Shown: piece by piece, positions 18,149 through 29,900 of the stretch
How the letters are laid out: each line of letters opens with the position of its first letter
Position numbering within the stretch: position 1 is the first letter of the stretch
Origin: Candidatus Bathyarchaeota archaeon
Lineage (GTDB): Archaea > Thermoproteota > Bathyarchaeia > 40CM-2-53-6
NCBI GenBank assembly: GCA_963733055.1
Contig: CAVTBR010000001.1
Coordinates: 1,344,001-1,408,000, forward strand
DNA length: 64,000 nt
Reading direction: 5' to 3'
Position numbers and translations under genes: made by a program
The notes under the pieces: model-generated
The model's input: only the letters and a program-made list of their open reading frames with translations
Database searches by the model: none
Told to the model about the DNA's origin: nothing

Positions 18149-18613
18149 CTAGGTGATCGCTTTCTTGTAAAAGAGAAGGTAACTGATGATAATGAAATCT
18201 GCAACAATGGCAACGTGCATCATGGTGCAGTAAATGCAAATGGCCCTTACAAGAAACAGTTCGACGAAGATCAAGTACGGAACTATTGCAATGCCTATGA
18301 ATCTCCATCCGAACAGGGTTTTCAGTGAGGCCTTGAATACGAGGTCGCTCCCAAAAGCAATCAAGTAGACCAGTATGAGATTTACTATGAAGTACCCGAC
18401 CGCGAGCAGTTCGAGAGGGATGCCGAAAACCTGGCTGTACCTACTGCTCAATACAGCGTAGCAGTTGAGCGCTATCCCGGGGCCTCCCTGGTATGGACAG
18501 AAGGGGAGTTCCTGATTCAATGTGTAGTAGACGATTACTACCATAGAAGAGGCCCAAAGCCCGAATACGGACATGGCCATAAGCAGGACGAGCTTAAGCC
18601 AACTAATTCTCAT
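18149..18613 (-). CDS. Vitamin K epoxide reductase (VKOR) family protein
   Basis: FC...NCYAVLSSRYSQVFGIP, ICIYC. Confidence 0.88.
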   Translation of the reverse strand: MRISWLKLVLLMAMSVFGLWASSMVVIVYYTLNQELPFCPYQGGPGIALNCYAVLSSRYSQVFGIPLELLAVGYFIVNLILVYLIAFGSDLVFKASLKTLFGWRFIGIAIVPYLIFVELFLVRAICIYCTMMHVAIVADFIIISYLLFYKKAIT

Positions 18614-18762
18614 CTCTAGTATGTCTCCTTCCAACTCATTTCTCGTGAAATGCCGTGATGTTTCCTGATCAATTCCCATATACCCGCTGGAGCTGACATT
18701 CCAACCTGTGAATGAACCATTATCCTAATCTTGGATATCCAGCCTCACAGCGTCTTCGTCCG

Positions 18763-19368
18763 GTGAGTTTGGTGTCATCAAAGAGGCCCATGGAAAAGAA
18801 AAGAAATCTGAGTAGATGGGAAAAGGCGGGTATTCCATTCATAATCTTGATTGTTGTTTGGGGTGTCTACTCGGTTACGCAACCATCTACGAGTATTCAG
18901 CCACATACCACGAGTTCGATAGCAGTATCCAGCGGTTCTTACGCACCGGATTTCACGTTGCCTATGGTCGGACCTAGCGGCCCGACGGGTGGATCTGTTT
19001 CATTATCTTCGCTTCGGGGAAGGGTTGTGTTCTTGGAGTTCATGGAACCTTGGTGCCCACACTGCCAATCGATGGCTCCAGTTCTTGAGCAACTGCACCA
19101 GAGGTATGGAGGTAATGTCTCATTCATCAGTGTCGCAGGCCCGTGGAACGGCGCAAACCAGAATGACGTGGCTAGTTTCGAAAGACAGTACGGATCGAGT
19201 TGGTCATATCTATACGATTCAAGCGGTTCGATTATGAATATGTATGGCGTTAGTGGGACGCCGACATTCTTTATTATCAACAGAAACGGATCGATCGCAG
19301 CATCACTCCAGGGAGACCAAAACTATGCTTCGCTTGAGAATCTAATCCTTCAGTCCTTGCGAAGCTAA
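18763..19368 (+). CDS. Membrane-anchored TlpA/ResA-like thiol-disulfide oxidoreductase
   Basis: APDFTL, WCPHC, GTPTFFII; N-terminal TM. Confidence 0.88.
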   Translation: MSLVSSKRPMEKKRNLSRWEKAGIPFIILIVVWGVYSVTQPSTSIQPHTTSSIAVSSGSYAPDFTLPMVGPSGPTGGSVSLSSLRGRVVFLEFMEPWCPHCQSMAPVLEQLHQRYGGNVSFISVAGPWNGANQNDVASFERQYGSSWSYLYDSSGSIMNMYGVSGTPTFFIINRNGSIAASLQGDQNYASLENLILQSLRS

Positions 19369-19376
19369 CTTAGGGG

Positions 19377-19520
19377 TTGACTCGACATCAGGTTCATGAC
19401 ATTCTCCGACTGTTATCCGCGCGACCAATGCATGGATTTGAAATCATGGAAGAAATTTTCGAAAGAACTGGCAGGGTGTGGAGACAAGGACTCGGTGCTA
19501 TCGATCCGACTCTCTCGGTT
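19377..19520 (+). pseudogene. PadR-family regulator fragment
   Basis: ILRLLSARPMHGFEIMEEIFERTGRVW..G.IDPTL then homology is lost. Confidence 0.65.
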
Positions 19521-19644
19521 GCTGTGATCTGTCCCGTGGATCTCTCCGCCTCATCATCGCATACTCAGAGGACTGACTTCCCAACTTGCGAATGGATCAT
19601 TATCCTAATCTTGCATATCCTAGGCGACTAGACGTTTTCGTGCG

Positions 19645-20193
19645 GTGAGTTCGGTGTCATCAAAGAAGTCGGTAGACAGGAGAAGAGGTCTGAGTAAGTG
19701 GGAAAAGGCGGGTATTCCATTCATAATCTTGATTGTGGCTTGGGTGGTCTATTCAGTTGCGCAACCTTCAGTTAGTATTCAGCCACAGACCACGACTTCC
19801 TCCAGTGCAATATCAGGCGGACAGCAACTCGGCTATACGACTATTTCCGTATCGGATGCAAGTGCCATGATACACTCAACTTCCAACTTACTGGTTGTCG
19901 ATGTGAGAACCCCTCAGGAGTATGCGCTAGGACATCTGAAAGGCGCGATCAATATTCCATTGTCTGATCTGCCACTTCAAATTGGTGGACTTGACCGGAA
20001 TAGGCCAATACTTGTATACTGTCAGACGGGACACAGAAGCGCCCAGGCCAGCGTCATTCTGGTGAAAGCAGGCTTCACGCAGGTGTACAATATGGATGGA
20101 GGTATGACTGCATGGGTCGGCTCGGGTTACGCAACTGTAACCTCACGAGACACAACTCTTGTTTGTTCCGCGCAATGGCCTAATAGTTGCTAG
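19645..20193 (+). CDS. Membrane-anchored rhodanese-domain protein
   Basis: VDVRTPQEY..GHLKGAINIP, YCQTGHRS, MDGGMTAW. Confidence 0.88.
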   Translation: MSSVSSKKSVDRRRGLSKWEKAGIPFIILIVAWVVYSVAQPSVSIQPQTTTSSSAISGGQQLGYTTISVSDASAMIHSTSNLLVVDVRTPQEYALGHLKGAINIPLSDLPLQIGGLDRNRPILVYCQTGHRSAQASVILVKAGFTQVYNMDGGMTAWVGSGYATVTSRDTTLVCSAQWPNSC

Positions 20194-20215
20194 TCATTTT
20201 TCGGTTCATCGTTCC

Positions 20216-20791
20216 TCACTGCATTGCCTCGATCAAGTACCAGTAACGTCGAATGCGGCTTCTCGTAAGATAACCTAATCGTTTGAGTTGTGCGTTGACG
20301 AACCTCGGCGATGGAATATCGCTCCGCGCGTGGAGCATCAAAGGTCTTCCTGCTGCAGGTGTCCAGTCAGCGATAATGAGTTTTCCTGTTTGTGATAGGG
20401 TGCGTCTCATTTCAAATAATCCGCGCTTAGGGTTTGAGAGATGATGAAGTGAGAACAATGAAACAACCAGGTCGAAGTGGTTGCTCTTGAAAGGTAACCG
20501 CTCCGCATTAGCTTCTTTGACCAAGACATGCCGCGAATATTGATGCTTTCTCATTATCGTCTTAATATGATGGACTACTGCTGGCGAAGCATCGACCGAC
20601 CAAATGCGAGACTCTTTTCCGAAGCGGCGTGTTAGGAATTTAAGATTCATACCGTACCCTGTCCCAACATCCAGAATCCTCCTTGGCTGAAGTCCCTTCA
20701 CTGAAACTGCTACGCTCTTCAGGACATGCTCATGCACTCGGTCTCTCCGACGTGCGATCCTCGACGAGATCGCCCCAGAGCTTTCTTTCAT
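20216..20791 (-). CDS. Class I SAM-dependent methyltransferase (UbiE-like)
   Basis: LDVGTGYG, AERLPF, SLHHL. Confidence 0.8.
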   Translation of the reverse strand: MKESSGAISSRIARRRDRVHEHVLKSVAVSVKGLQPRRILDVGTGYGMNLKFLTRRFGKESRIWSVDASPAVVHHIKTIMRKHQYSRHVLVKEANAERLPFKSNHFDLVVSLFSLHHLSNPKRGLFEMRRTLSQTGKLIIADWTPAAGRPLMLHARSDIPSPRFVNAQLKRLGYLTRSRIRRYWYLIEAMQ

Positions 20792-21090
20792 ACTCTTGCC
20801 CTTGTGGAGAAAATGTTTCCGCAAATCACGAATAGTGCTCGTCTTTCTCAAACTAACCTTTCCGTCCATTCTTGACTCTACCGGCTAAGAGACATAAGAA
20901 TAGTGAAATACAAAATGGGAAGAGAGAGCGATCCGCGCTCTCAGTTTCTTAGATGTCTTTGATTGCCGCGGTGATCTTGGTCATGATGTCCTTCGAGATT
21001 TCACTCAGATGCCCATAACTTGACCATTCGCCTTCACATTTGAATGAGGATTAAGGAAGGGATATCAGTTCAAGAGAGGTAGAGTGCGGT

Positions 21091-21945
21091 ATGGAAGAAC
21101 GTCGTTTCGGTCGCACTGGCCACATGAGCTCCGTAGCCATCTTCGGAGCGGCGGCTCTTGCGAAAGCAACGCAAGATCAAGCCGACGAGACGATGAAGAA
21201 AGTCATCGCTGCCGGCGTCAACCACATTGATGTGGCTCCCTCGTACGGGGACGCGGAGGAACGCGTACGACCGTGTCTTGCCAAAGAACGAAAACGTTTC
21301 TTCCTAGGATGCAAAACCCTGGAACGTACTTCGTCGAAGGCGGAGGCTGAACTGCATCGTTCCCTAGAGCGTTTGGGCGTGAATTCTTTCGACTTGTACC
21401 AGGTTCATGCCGTAACTACTATGGAGGAGCTTGACCAGGTGACGGGCCCGGGTGGTGCCTTGGAGGCGATTAAGAACGCTCGGGAAGAGAGGTTAACACG
21501 ATACATCGGCATCACCGGCCATGGGGTAAGCGCGCCAAGAATTTTTCTAGAAGCGTTACGCCGATTCGATTTCGATTCCGTGCTCTTCCCAATTAACTTC
21601 ATACAATACGCAAACAAAGAGTATCGGCGCTACGCACAGGAGTTGTTGCGCGAATGTCGGACTCGCGACGTCGGCACGATGATCATCAAATCAATTGCGC
21701 GAGGGCCGTGGGAGTATCAAGCAAGAGCATACGACCCTTGGTACGAGCCATTCTCTGATGCTACAATGATTCAGCAGTGTGTCAATTTCGTACTATCACA
21801 GGACGTAACCGGACTTTGCACAGTCAGCGATATGAAGCTCCTACCCCTAGTCCTGAACGCATGCGAGCACTATGCGCAAATCAGTCCGCTTGAACAAGAG
21901 CGATTGATTGAGACCGCAGCCCAATACAAGCCCCTATTTGCCTAA
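21091..21945 (+). CDS. Aldo/keto reductase
   Basis: RRFGRTG, IDVAPSYG, DLYQVH, IGITGH. Confidence 0.88.
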   Translation: MEERRFGRTGHMSSVAIFGAAALAKATQDQADETMKKVIAAGVNHIDVAPSYGDAEERVRPCLAKERKRFFLGCKTLERTSSKAEAELHRSLERLGVNSFDLYQVHAVTTMEELDQVTGPGGALEAIKNAREERLTRYIGITGHGVSAPRIFLEALRRFDFDSVLFPINFIQYANKEYRRYAQELLRECRTRDVGTMIIKSIARGPWEYQARAYDPWYEPFSDATMIQQCVNFVLSQDVTGLCTVSDMKLLPLVLNACEHYAQISPLEQERLIETAAQYKPLFA

Positions 21946-21954
21946 GAAAAATGG

Positions 21955-22123
21955 GGAGGATGTGAATATCTCAGCACTCCTAACTCCGCTCACTTCTTAA
22001 TTTCAAGAGCCACACTGGGGCAAATCAGTATACGCGATTTAGAGGAAAGTTGAGGCAGAGCAGTCTTAACTTGTTTACCTTGGCAAATGTGGAGAGGATG
22101 TCTGTGTCCACGACAATGTGCAT
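21955..22123 (-). pseudogene. Decayed PIN-domain toxin (DUF3368-like) N-terminus
   Basis: MHIVVDTDILSTFAKVNKLRLL, then a frameshift to ILICPSVALEI and an in-frame stop; directly downstream of the antitoxin. Confidence 0.65.
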
Positions 22124-22127
22124 TATC

Positions 22128-22442
22128 TCATCTTTTCATGAGTGCGTCAGCCCTTTTGACGCCGGTCCTACTCACAGAGATTACTCTCTTATGGCCAAGA
22201 CTTGCTAGTACTTCCTTGAACTCGACTATCCCTACATCCGCAATCTCTGCGGCCTTACCCAAGGTGACTTCGCCGTCTTTGTACAACTCTGCTGCTGCCG
22301 CCAACCTCAGGCTTCGCTTAGAGTAGAGGAAAGTCCTGAGCGCGTCCTTTACAACGTCGGACTTACTTGAGTAGTATCCGGCCTTGACTAACGCATCTAT
22401 TTCCTTCTTGACCAATTCTGGCAGATTGTAACCTGAGGGCAT
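22128..22442 (-). CDS. RHH/UPF0175-family putative antitoxin
   Basis: IDALVKAGYYSSKSDVVKDALR + LYKDGEVTLGKAAEIA. Confidence 0.75.
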   Translation of the reverse strand: MPSGYNLPELVKKEIDALVKAGYYSSKSDVVKDALRTFLYSKRSLRLAAAAELYKDGEVTLGKAAEIADVGIVEFKEVLASLGHKRVISVSRTGVKRADALMKR

Positions 22443-22549
22443 GATTCCGCCAATTAATTGTTGATGACTGTTATCATAAATACTCATCATCTCTCGCAAA
22501 TCTCGGAGAAGGGTGACGGCCTACACGGACTGAAACCAGGGGTTTTGTC

Positions 22550-22906
22550 TTAGTCTAGACCAAAGCTTGTCTTGCGTTTGGGGGCTATGCGAATATAGGT
22601 TGCTTCTCCGAGGTAGCCATTCCGAGTCACAAGATCAGCGGCCCCGAAGATCTTCAACATCCTCGGACGCCAAGGTTCGACGCTAATCAAATCGTCGACT
22701 ACTAGTGAAACTTGCGGGTTCTGAAGAGCATTCTTGTACTTGTGGGTCGCGGTTAGGTGCATTCCGCCGACGTAGAAGTACTTCCCGTCGAAATCGAACC
22801 CAACTGGAGCCACATCGGGGACCCCGTCCTTGGAGGCTGTTCCTATTCGGGCTAGATGTTGCGATTTTAGATATTCAACCTCTTTCTCAGAGAACATTTC
22901 AGTCAT
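22550..22906 (-). CDS. PPOX-class F420-dependent oxidoreductase
   Basis: LARIGTAS.DG.PDVAPVGF, KYKN, VVDDLISVEPW. Confidence 0.82.
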   Translation of the reverse strand: MTEMFSEKEVEYLKSQHLARIGTASKDGVPDVAPVGFDFDGKYFYVGGMHLTATHKYKNALQNPQVSLVVDDLISVEPWRPRMLKIFGAADLVTRNGYLGEATYIRIAPKRKTSFGLD

Positions 22907-22933
22907 CTAGAATCCACCTCTCTTGAACCTAAC

Positions 22934-23305
22934 TTAAGTCTGCACCGCTGGCTTGCTAGCTTCTCGTCGAGCCAGATGGCCTTCGATGATTCTCTTCGCC
23001 CTGGTATAAGCCAGCTGAATGACCTCTCTCGCATTATCCAAGTCTCTTTTCGATCGAATCCTCATTGTTACCCAACCGGCGTCAGGGGCAAACTGATGGC
23101 GCTCCGCATTGCCCGCCTCGAGAACCTTTGCCTGGTCCTCTTTCGAAAGGCGAATGTCTAGGTAGGTGTCGCTGTGAGAATGCATGAATTCCAATCCATC
23201 AACCTGAAACTCGACCCCGCCAAACCTATGCGGAGCCTTCCCTACCCCCGGGAGATTCTCAACCCAATCTCGAAGCGCTTGCAGCTCGGAGCGGAGGTCG
23301 GACAA
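22934..23305 (-). CDS. DUF5519/luciferase-like-domain (YjbR-fold) protein
   Basis: HRFGGVEF..GLEFMH.H, GWVT. Confidence 0.65.
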   Translation of the reverse strand: MSDLRSELQALRDWVENLPGVGKAPHRFGGVEFQVDGLEFMHSHSDTYLDIRLSKEDQAKVLEAGNAERHQFAPDAGWVTMRIRSKRDLDNAREVIQLAYTRAKRIIEGHLARREASKPAVQT

Positions 23306-23509
23306 ATGGGAATCGCCAATCTAGGGTGAAATCCGCAATATATTGACTACCGACAAAATCAGACAGACGGCTTCTCTAAACTAACCTATGAAAAGATCAT
23401 CTCTGAAAGTCGATGGAAGCGAGTTAACAAGTTAAGGCCCCATGAGCCAACAAGTTAACAGAACCATAACATATATGGGAGCTGCGGGTAGGATTTGTTT
23501 TGATAATTC

Positions 23510-23911
23510 ATGTTATCCAAAGCATCTCTCGCGACCTTGGTTCCAATAAAGAACATGGACCGAGCCATCAGGTTCTACACTAAAGCCCTCGGAGGTTCCC
23601 TGAATATGCGAGCACCAGGGGATATGAAGAATTTCTGGGCCTCCGTAGACGTCGGCAAGACGGAGTTCTGGATGATCCACCCTTCCAAGCGTGAGAAAAG
23701 AGACCTCGCTTACTCCACATTTGTCGTCAAGGACATCAAGAAGACCGTAGCCGGACTGAAAAAGAAAGGAGTAAGGTTCCTTCACGGTGAGAAAATGGGC
23801 CCTGACTCAAGGGTGAAGGGACCGATAACTTATGACTCATACGGGGCGGGTGCATTATTCAAAGACTCCGAAGGCAACCTGCTGATGTTATGGGAAAATG
23901 CACGAATGTAG
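23510..23911 (+). CDS. VOC/glyoxalase family protein
   Basis: MDRAIRFY..ALG, FKDSEGNLL. Confidence 0.82.
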   Translation: MLSKASLATLVPIKNMDRAIRFYTKALGGSLNMRAPGDMKNFWASVDVGKTEFWMIHPSKREKRDLAYSTFVVKDIKKTVAGLKKKGVRFLHGEKMGPDSRVKGPITYDSYGAGALFKDSEGNLLMLWENARM

Positions 23912-23953
23912 GATGCCCCTGATAGATAGCAAAAATCTTCCCTGAAAGTCATA

Positions 23954-24418
23954 TTAGCGGGGCCCGGGGTCGAATCCCGGCGTGCTTGCCAAATTCATCT
24001 TTTTCGAGATGGTCTCGAAGTCCTCTCTTGGTACCTCGACAAACCCGAAACGGAAAACAATTCCCCAGCTTTTCTTATTTCTAATGAAGGCCAATTTTGG
24101 AATGAGCGTGAGGATGTCTGCCTCTCCGCAGGAGATGAACTCAACGTCTCTGCGGTATGGGACAAAACCGCCACCCATATCGCCCTGATAGATTTCGCCT
24201 TCCTTGACGCGCGCAATGGCCGTGAATTTCTTCAACTGTTCTTTACCTTGAAAGTGAAGTTTCGGAGAATAGAAAACAATCATATCTCCGGCTTTCATCC
24301 GCTTCAGCGGGGCGGCTTTGCCGTGGTTCGCTTGAACAACGCCCAATTTCTTACCTATTTCCACATGGTCCTTTGAAGCGACAACGACCCAGTATTTTGT
24401 AGGCCGCTCATCTATCAT
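23954..24418 (-). CDS. EVE-domain protein
   Basis: YWVVVASKDHV, HGKAAPLKRMKAGD, FRFGFVE; probable ATG 24418. Confidence 0.82.
   Translation of the reverse strand: MIDERPTKYWVVVASKDHVEIGKKLGVVQANHGKAAPLKRMKAGDMIVFYSPKLHFQGKEQLKKFTAIARVKEGEIYQGDMGGGFVPYRRDVEFISCGEADILTLIPKLAFIRNKKSWGIVFRFGFVEVPREDFETISKKMNLASTPGFDPGPR
23959..23991 (+). repeat. Degenerate tRNA 3'-end copy (27/33 identical to tRNA-Lys 8953-8985)
   Basis: GGGGCCCGGGGTCGAATCCCGGCGTGCTTGCCA vs GGGTCCCGGGTTCAAATCCCGGCGGGCCCGCCA. Confidence 0.6.
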
Positions 24419-24453
24419 GGGTGGACCTTGTTCCATTGTTTCTGGAAGAGTTC

Positions 24454-25251
24454 TCAAGAGTGGACTGCGTCGTTGCGTGAGGTGAACACTTCGAATGTAA
24501 CTGTTCTATCGTAGTTGATTTCTTTTAGGAGTTTGATGACTTTTCGAAAGTCAATATTCCCCCTGCCGAGAGGTAGGTGCTCGTCCCATTTTCCGTGATT
24601 ATCATGTATGTGTACGTGAGCCAACCTGTCGCCAAACGCATCCATGTAATCTCCCACTCCCTTCATACGATTTTCAATGAAAGCGTGAGCGATGTCGAAG
24701 TGAAATTTCAAGGCGGGGACAGCGTTCATTACCTGTGAAAAGCAATCGATGGATTCTAGTACAGACCCATTTGCAGGAGGGACGTTCTCCAGCATTAAAT
24801 CAACTTTCTTCGTTGCCGCGAATTCTGTCAACTCCTTCATAGCGTCGATGAAATTTCGAAGGAAAGCATTTCTCGATTCCTCCGTGGTGCCGACCCTACC
24901 CAGCCTGCCGTAAAAGTGAAAGTTCAGTAGCTCAAGGTTCAGCTGTGATGCGACGAGTATCATGTCCTTCCCCTCCTCTACCCATCCCAGCCTGGCCTTC
25001 TCATGAGATGAGCCAAAGCCCACCCAGTACGCAGTGTGACCCAGCGCGGGCATTTCTTTCGCAGACAGTAATCTCAATATTTCGTCCGTCTGGCGCATCA
25101 AGATGCGTGGGGTCGCGTTGGGCTCTTCGATCCCAATCTCCACGTAATCAAACCCGAGCTTGTGAAACCTAGTGATCTCATCGGGTACAAACTCGATAGG
25201 GTCTGTTAGAAGCCCAAACTTTGGAAACGCATGGTTTTGTGCGCGTGCCAT
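24454..25251 (-). CDS. Sugar phosphate isomerase/epimerase (AP-endonuclease-2 TIM barrel)
   Basis: LEN, FDIAHA, HVHIHDN, HLPLGRG, TFE. Confidence 0.85.
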   Translation of the reverse strand: MARAQNHAFPKFGLLTDPIEFVPDEITRFHKLGFDYVEIGIEEPNATPRILMRQTDEILRLLSAKEMPALGHTAYWVGFGSSHEKARLGWVEEGKDMILVASQLNLELLNFHFYGRLGRVGTTEESRNAFLRNFIDAMKELTEFAATKKVDLMLENVPPANGSVLESIDCFSQVMNAVPALKFHFDIAHAFIENRMKGVGDYMDAFGDRLAHVHIHDNHGKWDEHLPLGRGNIDFRKVIKLLKEINYDRTVTFEVFTSRNDAVHS

Positions 25252-25389
25252 GACTGGTTTGGTGAGAAATGCCCATTTAACAATTCAATTTTCGGCTTTA
25301 AATCCGCGAAATCATTGACTCACGCGATCATTAGTCCCACGAATTGTGGAATCAGGTTCACGGTGTGGAATTCGCACCCCAAAACCTAA

Positions 25390-27600
<2,211 letters not shown>

Positions 27601-27642
27601 CTGTAAACATTCGTCCCAATTTGGCCTCAGCCGACTGACAGT

Positions 27643-28857
27643 CTATGGCATGGGTACTGTAATCGCGCCATCAAGCACTACCAGAACACGGGACTTGTTT
27701 CCCTTAATCCTGGTTGCATCTGCAAACGCTTTTTGCAAATCTTGGTGCGGTGTTAGACCGATCGCCTTCGGAACCGACTCGGGCAGGCTTGTGACGGCGA
27801 AGATGCTTGTTCTTTTGAGCAGGTTTTGCAGCTTCACAACCTTATGATAACCAAATTTACGTGAGTTTTCTTTGCCGGCTCCTCCGTCCTTGGAGGTTAG
27901 GAGTTTGTAGAAGTTGCTATCCCCTATACCCTCAGGACAACTAGAGACCAGGATGATTATTCCACCTTCCTTAACGGAGAGTTCGACGTTTTGGAGTGCT
28001 TTTTGGGATTGGTAGAGGTCGATGTCTAAGGGTGGTTTGTTTACTGAGATTACGATGTCGGCTTTCTCCTGAATCTTCGGTACGTAAATTTGATTTGCAA
28101 ACTCAACGGCCCGTTTGAAGGATTGGACAATGTGTCCCGAGCAAGAGTAGCTTGTTTGCGATTTGACGTTGAGAACGAGTTGTATGGAGAACATGTCTTC
28201 GAATCTTCCAAACCTCTCCAAAGCTTCCATAAAATCGTCATGAACCGGGTTTCCCTCCAACCTCAGAACCTTCGAATCATCCTCGGCAGCCAAACAATGG
28301 TTATTGGTAATGGAATCAATATCTGCGAGTGCGGGTAGGAGGAATTTTCTGCCCCCGGTGTAACCTGCGAAATAGTGCGGCTCCACCGAGGCAACCGGAA
28401 TGATGGCGTCCGCGTCAAAGAGTAGGGAGTTGAAGGATAGTTCGGTTCCTCTGCTGGTCTTTCCTATTGGCGTCAGAGAGGTCGGATCCTTGCTATCATG
28501 AACGACGACTCTGCCTCCATAGGGAGGTGTCTTGCTTCCAAGAATTCCCTCAAGCTCCCTCTGATCTGGGGACCTGTGCGATCCTGTCGCGATAACTGTT
28601 GTAACCTCTTTACCCCGCAAATCAAGCGAGTTCAAAACTTCCGCAGTGGGTGTCGATCGCGTATGGTCGTTTACAACGACGAGAATCTTCTTCTTATCCG
28701 AAATGAACGTCGCGAAATCCTTGGAATCAATAGGATTTGCAATAGAGCGTCGGATCGACTCAGGGTCAGGAGGAGTATCGGCGGGTGAAACTATCTCGAC
28801 CGGCCTGCCCTCTTCGAACTTCAGCCTCATCGAGCCATGTCCGAAGGGTACCTGCAT
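27643..28857 (-). CDS. larA: Nickel-pincer lactate racemase (LarA) family
   Basis: NDHTRSTP, ATGSHR, HD, EPHYFAGYTGGRK, LYQSQK. Confidence 0.85.
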   Translation of the reverse strand: MQVPFGHGSMRLKFEEGRPVEIVSPADTPPDPESIRRSIANPIDSKDFATFISDKKKILVVVNDHTRSTPTAEVLNSLDLRGKEVTTVIATGSHRSPDQRELEGILGSKTPPYGGRVVVHDSKDPTSLTPIGKTSRGTELSFNSLLFDADAIIPVASVEPHYFAGYTGGRKFLLPALADIDSITNNHCLAAEDDSKVLRLEGNPVHDDFMEALERFGRFEDMFSIQLVLNVKSQTSYSCSGHIVQSFKRAVEFANQIYVPKIQEKADIVISVNKPPLDIDLYQSQKALQNVELSVKEGGIIILVSSCPEGIGDSNFYKLLTSKDGGAGKENSRKFGYHKVVKLQNLLKRTSIFAVTSLPESVPKAIGLTPHQDLQKAFADATRIKGNKSRVLVVLDGAITVPMP

Positions 28858-28992
28858 GCTTCTCGCTGCAGGTCAAAACGTTGCCTGACCCAAATAGGTT
28901 ATTTTGCGGAATTACTATACTCCGAAGTCTGATGGAATTTGTGTTCGTAAGATTGCTTTGGGTACTGATTGTCTGTCTCATAATAAGGCCCA

Positions 28993-29856
28993 TTACTCGG
29001 ACCAGAAGTTCGTTCCTGCGAGAGTTGAACGCCTGATTTTTGCAAGCTTTTCCAGTCGTTCGAGTTCTGTGAGAGCATCCTTTGGCGAAAGGTCGAAGAC
29101 GCGTTCGATCTCCAGGAGGGGTGTCGGTCCTTGGGTTTTGATGTATTCGAGCACGTCGGTGGGCTTTGCCTTTCTTAGCTGTCCTGCTGACAAGTAGTCG
29201 ATCGCTCCTTCAACGGCTGATGGTTGGAAGGTTTGATCCAAAGTGACGATCCGACCACGCCGGTCGCTTACAGCAACATTGTAGAATCCAACGTGAACTT
29301 GCGGCGCGTCCTCACCTTGATTTTCCAGAGCTTGCTTGAGCCCGGTTTGGTCCGCCCAGTCGCGTTTGAATCTTGCCTCGTCTAGCCCAGCCTCTGTTAC
29401 TCCTTCAAGGATCGTCGTTTCACTGGTTACGTCTTGGTTTTCGACGATGTTGCGTCTCAGGAGTGAACGGTAAAATCGGTGGCCCTTTTCGTGGCCTTGG
29501 CGTTCTGCCGCCATAACGGCGAGTGAGGCGGGGAGGAGGTTCTTGGGCATTAGGTCAAACCGGTAGTTGAGGTGCATCGGTACGCCCATGATTTCTTGTG
29601 ATTCCTTCGCCCATTTGGCCAGGCCTGCGTCGTCGAGTTCGTAATTCTTCTTGTACTCCTCAATATCCTCGTACACGGTTCCATAAAGGGTAACAATGTT
29701 GATTTGTTCTCCGTACACGAGCTTCAAACGATTGAAGACGGGCTCGTATCCCCACGACCACCAGCAGGTGGGTGCCGTGAAGTGGACAACGGCGATACGT
29801 TGGTCATGTTCATGACTCATTCCAGATCCGCTCAAAGTAAACTGATTTTGATTCAA
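28993..29856 (-). CDS. DsbA/FrnE-like thioredoxin-fold protein with C-terminal wHTH
   Basis: FTAPTCWWSWG (CxxS). Confidence 0.72.
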   Translation of the reverse strand: MNQNQFTLSGSGMSHEHDQRIAVVHFTAPTCWWSWGYEPVFNRLKLVYGEQINIVTLYGTVYEDIEEYKKNYELDDAGLAKWAKESQEIMGVPMHLNYRFDLMPKNLLPASLAVMAAERQGHEKGHRFYRSLLRRNIVENQDVTSETTILEGVTEAGLDEARFKRDWADQTGLKQALENQGEDAPQVHVGFYNVAVSDRRGRIVTLDQTFQPSAVEGAIDYLSAGQLRKAKPTDVLEYIKTQGPTPLLEIERVFDLSPKDALTELERLEKLAKIRRSTLAGTNFWSE

Positions 29857-29900
29857 CCACTATAACGGATTCTGCTAGGGTCCTCCCTCTTCGGTCTCAT

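Larger units (their letters stand above)
18690..19795 (+). repeat. About 220-bp imperfect direct repeat (copies about 18690-18913 and 19570-19795)
   Basis: Shared blocks e.g. CATTATCCTAATCTTG, GGTGTCATCAAAGA, TGGGAAAAGGCGGGTATTCCATTCATAATCTTGATTGT, AGTATTCAGCCACA. Confidence 0.85.

Noticed and set aside
20948-21040. Minus-strand fragment HLSEISKDIMTKITAAIKDI resembling a DUF1059-type C-terminus
   Set aside because: No start codon or N-terminal Cys motifs; at most a small remnant.
23421-23458. GAG(TT/CC)AACAAGTTAA twice at a 23-bp period
   Set aside because: Possibly a transcription-factor site, but only two short AT-rich copies and no cognate regulator nearby.
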